DNA from: Solirubrobacterales bacterium | GTDB taxonomy: Bacteria; Actinomycetota; Thermoleophilia; Solirubrobacterales; JBBDJG01 | DNA length: 64,000 nt | Assembly: GCA_040880005.1 (NCBI GenBank) | Contig: JBBDJG010000015.1 | Location: forward strand, 61,588-125,587 | Reading direction: 5' to 3' | Shown here: one piece after another, positions 61,828-64,000 of the stretch | Position numbering within the stretch: position 1 is the stretch's first letter | How the letters are laid out: every line of letters begins with the position of its first letter | The notes under the pieces: model-generated | Seen by the model: only the letters and a program-made list of their open reading frames with translations | Told to the model about the DNA's origin: nothing | Database searches by the model: none | Made by a program: the position numbers and the translations under genes

Positions 61828-62090
61828 GCGCGCGCAAATCGTGGCGCGTCGAGTTCTCGGCTCGCGCGGCACGTGACGTGCGCCGCCTGGACCCACCCGT
61901 CCGCCGACGAGTGCTCGACGCGCTTGAACAGCTGAGAGGCGACGGTCCGCGTGGCGACGTAATCCGGCTCAAGGGCGGCGACGATTTCCGCTTGCGCGTA
62001 GGTGACTGGCGCGTGCGCTTCCAGCACGATCACGCGGCCCGCACGATCTACGTGCTGCGTGTCTTGCCCCGCGGTCGCGCGTACCGGTGA
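61824..62090 (+). CDS. RelE/ParE-family toxin
   Basis: 88 aa. WRVEFSARAARDVRRLDPPVRRRVLDALEQL...LKGGDDFRLRVGDWRVRFQHDHAARTIYVLRVLPRGRAY is the classic RelE/ParE pattern. Confidence 0.8.
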   Translation: MSARKSWRVEFSARAARDVRRLDPPVRRRVLDALEQLRGDGPRGDVIRLKGGDDFRLRVGDWRVRFQHDHAARTIYVLRVLPRGRAYR

Positions 62091-62257
62091 ACTGACAAGC
62101 CTTCAGGTCTAGCGAAGCCGTTTGCGACTTGTTCGAGCCGAAGCCATTCCCGGTTGGCCTTCGCCCGAAGGCCGCCCTTTACGCGTTGGTGCTTGTTGGG
62201 CTTGCATTGAAGGCAACCGGCTCGTGTGCTCTTGGGTCCTTTGCGCCGATGAGTCAT
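62048..62257 (-). CDS. possible small basic CxxC protein
   Basis: Track ORF 62048..62347 trimmed to ATG 62257. MTHRRKGPKSTRAGCLQCKPNKHQRVKGG... Weak RBS. 3' end overlaps the relE/parE 3' end by 43 nt. Confidence 0.35.
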   Translation of the reverse strand: MTHRRKGPKSTRAGCLQCKPNKHQRVKGGLRAKANREWLRLEQVANGFARPEGLSVHRYARPRGKTRST

Positions 62258-62354
62258 CTCTTTGGAGTATGAAGCAACCGCACGGAGTTGACCGGCCGGC
62301 GCTCGAGCCGATCCCTTAAGCTCGGTCTTGCGGTCGCTCGTGATCACGTTGAAA

Positions 62355-63059
62355 TCAGTCTGGCCGTCGGTCGCGTCGTTCGGTGCTGTGTGCCGTGTCG
62401 ACGTCCAAACCCTCCCGGTACAGTCGAACGCTGAAAGCGCCGAGGAGCAGCACTGCCGGTAGGAACATGAGCAGGACCGCGGGCGTCAGCATCGCTAGCG
62501 CGACAAACAGCGCAAGCCAGGCGCCCCACTGTGGTAGCACCCGTCCCGTCCGAAGAGCAACTAACGCGGTGGGCGCAGCCACCGCAGCGATCGCGACCCC
62601 GAACGACGGAGCGCCGAACGCATAGGACACATCGAAGTAGATCTGGGCGGTATCGCTCGTGAGCTCGCCGTCATCGGCCCTCATGGCTCCAGCCATGTTG
62701 ATCGTTTCAGCCCCGAGCGCGACCACGGCTGTGAGGACCGTGCCACCGAAGGCCATAAGCGGCAATCCGCTCCGCCCTGGGCCCTCAGCGGCGGCGAGGC
62801 GCTCCCGTAACACGGCCCCAAACCAGACGAAGAACGGTAGCGAAACGATGCTGGTCGTTCCTCCGATGCGAATCTCAGTCGAAGTGCTCTTGTAGAAGGA
62901 GACGATCTCCTCGGCCCCAGCACCTTGCGGGGGCTGCTCGAAACCCCAGATCAGATTGCCGATGGCGACCAGGACCGCAGTAGCCAGACCGGAGAGGGGT
63001 GCGAGGTGAGAAAGTCGATCCACCGGCGTGAGCTTAATTCCGCGACGTGCCGGGCACAA
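62355..63059 (-). CDS. hypothetical integral membrane protein
   Basis: 234 aa (start uncertain). About 6 hydrophobic segments (LATAVLVAIGNLIW, IVSLPFFVWFGAVL, LMAFGGTVLTAVVALGA, FGVAIAAVAAPTALVAL, WLALFVALAMLTPAVLLMFLPAVLLLGAF). Confidence 0.6.
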   Translation of the reverse strand: MCPARRGIKLTPVDRLSHLAPLSGLATAVLVAIGNLIWGFEQPPQGAGAEEIVSFYKSTSTEIRIGGTTSIVSLPFFVWFGAVLRERLAAAEGPGRSGLPLMAFGGTVLTAVVALGAETINMAGAMRADDGELTSDTAQIYFDVSYAFGAPSFGVAIAAVAAPTALVALRTGRVLPQWGAWLALFVALAMLTPAVLLMFLPAVLLLGAFSVRLYREGLDVDTAHSTERRDRRPD

Positions 63060-63114
63060 GTCGACGGGAAGAGCTCAACCATGTGCGATCCGTCCAGCAA
63101 AGCAACCAACCGGA

Positions 63115-63187
63115 TGGAGCTAGTCGGACTCGAACCGACGACCTCCTGGGTGCGATCCAGGCGCTCTCCCAACTGAGCTATAGCCCC
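63115..63187 (-). tRNA. tRNA-Ala (anticodon CGC)
   Basis: Reverse complement GGGGCTA TA GCTC AGTTGGGA GAGC G CCTGG ATCGCAC CCAGG AGGTC GTCGG TTCGAGT CCGAC TAGCTCC A folds as a 73-nt cloverleaf. Anticodon loop is A-T-CGC-A-C. G3:U70 alanine identity pair is present. CCA is not encoded. Confidence 0.92.
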
Positions 63188-63293
63188 GTGCGTGGCGGGG
63201 AAACCCGCCAACATGGCGATTATATGGGCGCCTGATCGGGCCACTCGCCCGTCTCACCGCTGACGGCGCCGCTGCACTACCCTACGGGCTGTA

Positions 63294-63884
63294 ATGGGAC
63301 CGTTGGATGACGCAATTCGCGAGCATCTCGAGCTGAAACGCCAGCACGGGACGACGGAGGACGAGCTAAAACGCCAGGAGGATGAGGCGTTTGGTCGTGG
63401 CATCGTCGCGCCCGCGCCCGAGCCCGAACAACACGAACCGATTGTCGAACAGCAGGTCGTGCAGGCCGAGTCCGAGCCGATCGCTGAGTCCGAGCCTATC
63501 GCCGCACCGGAACCTATCGCCGCGCTGGAGCCCTTGCCCGAGCCGGTTACTCAACACGAGCCAGTCGTGCCTCCCGAGCCGGTCGGCGAACGCGAGCCGC
63601 TGCCGGACGAGCCGATCCCGCTGTCTCCCGAGCCCGAACCGTTGCCGGATCCGTTCCCCGAGCCGGAGCCCGATTTCGAACCGCTGCCGATGCCCGAACG
63701 GGAGCCCGACCTGGAGCCGGTGGCGGCTGCACAGCCGACCGAGCTTGCCGATCCTGCTTCGGAGGAAGAGATGGCCGGCGGAGAGGAAATCCTCGAGGAG
63801 ACGCCCGAATTCCTGGAGGAGAGCCCCGACAGCGACCGCCTCTGGTTCGAGCATCAGGGCCCGAAAGACTTCGAATTCGACTGA
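63294..63884 (+). CDS. acidic Pro/Glu-rich repeat protein with conserved-looking termini
   Basis: 196 aa. N-terminus MGPLDDAIREHLELKRQHGTTEDELKRQEDEAFGRG. Central (E/A)(S/P)EPIA and EPxP repeats. C-terminus ETPEFLEESPDSDRLWFEHQGPKDFEFD. Good codon bias. Confidence 0.7.
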   Translation: MGPLDDAIREHLELKRQHGTTEDELKRQEDEAFGRGIVAPAPEPEQHEPIVEQQVVQAESEPIAESEPIAAPEPIAALEPLPEPVTQHEPVVPPEPVGEREPLPDEPIPLSPEPEPLPDPFPEPEPDFEPLPMPEREPDLEPVAAAQPTELADPASEEEMAGGEEILEETPEFLEESPDSDRLWFEHQGPKDFEFD

Positions 63885-64000
63885 GAATTCGACTGAGTGC
63901 CACCGGACAGGCGTCCAGATAGCCGGACCCACCTTCACCAGGGCTCGCGATATACCGACACAAGTTGCATCGGAAACGGATTTCCGGTCCTCGTGGTACG

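Noticed and set aside
63366-63963. Minus-strand ORFs 63366..63938 and 63547..63963 at the right edge.
   Set aside because: These are antisense to the EP-repeat protein. Their Arg/Gly/Leu-rich repeats are simply the complement of the Glu/Pro codon repeats.

Overview
This is 64 kb of high-G+C chromosomal DNA (by eye about two-thirds to 70% G+C, not computed). Gene order and protein sequences look like a Thermoleophilia/Solirubrobacterales-like Actinomycetota genome, which is inference only. I can support about 60 protein genes, one tRNA, several gene remnants and several repeat families.

Layout:
1. 1.2-9.4 kb: conserved cell-wall signalling cluster fhaA-fhaB-pstP-rodA-pbpA-pknB, followed directly by ddl. 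ddl appears to initiate at a CTG that overlaps the pknB stop.
2. 9.4-14.9 kb: a second Ser/Thr kinase coupled to a GH15 hydrolase, a DsbA-like protein and small unknown genes.
3. 14.5-17.5 kb: minus-strand operon dedA-uppP-purM-like-unknown.
4. 17.6-32.8 kb: surface-glycan locus with a CapD-type dehydratase, LytR_C protein, O-antigen ligase, Wzx flippase, three glycosyltransferases and an initiating phosphoglycosyl transferase. It contains an unusual module of sn-glycerol-1-phosphate dehydrogenase, cytidylyltransferase and CDP-alcohol transferase.
5. 32.8-34.5 kb: small accessory insertion with a DUF4143 ATPase, a 10-bp-periodic repeat, an AT-rich stretch and a G10 tract.
6. 34.5-51.9 kb: housekeeping and stress genes. 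These are DUF3105, amine oxidase, hydrolase, an ECF sigma fused to an anti-sigma-like domain, pntAA-pntAB-pntB, an S8 protease, lemA-htpX, a beta-propeller/PKD protein, a GST-like protein, a csp/desaturase divergon, HD-GYP and a CrtI-like oxidoreductase.
7. 51.9-55.4 kb: two secreted proteins with K/R-rich tails and a MoaD-like + BNR-propeller pair.
8. 55.4-63.2 kb: decayed integration hotspot at tRNA-Ala(CGC). It holds four copies or fragments of the tRNA 3' half, two toxin-antitoxin pairs, an HU-like gene, gene fragments, and a methyltransferase and a SnoaL-like gene that are each followed by a 95-bp repeat built from 10-bp units.

I saw no rRNA, CRISPR array, transposase or intact integrase. 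Many long ORFs in the supplied track are antisense or shadow frames typical of high-GC DNA, and I rejected them.
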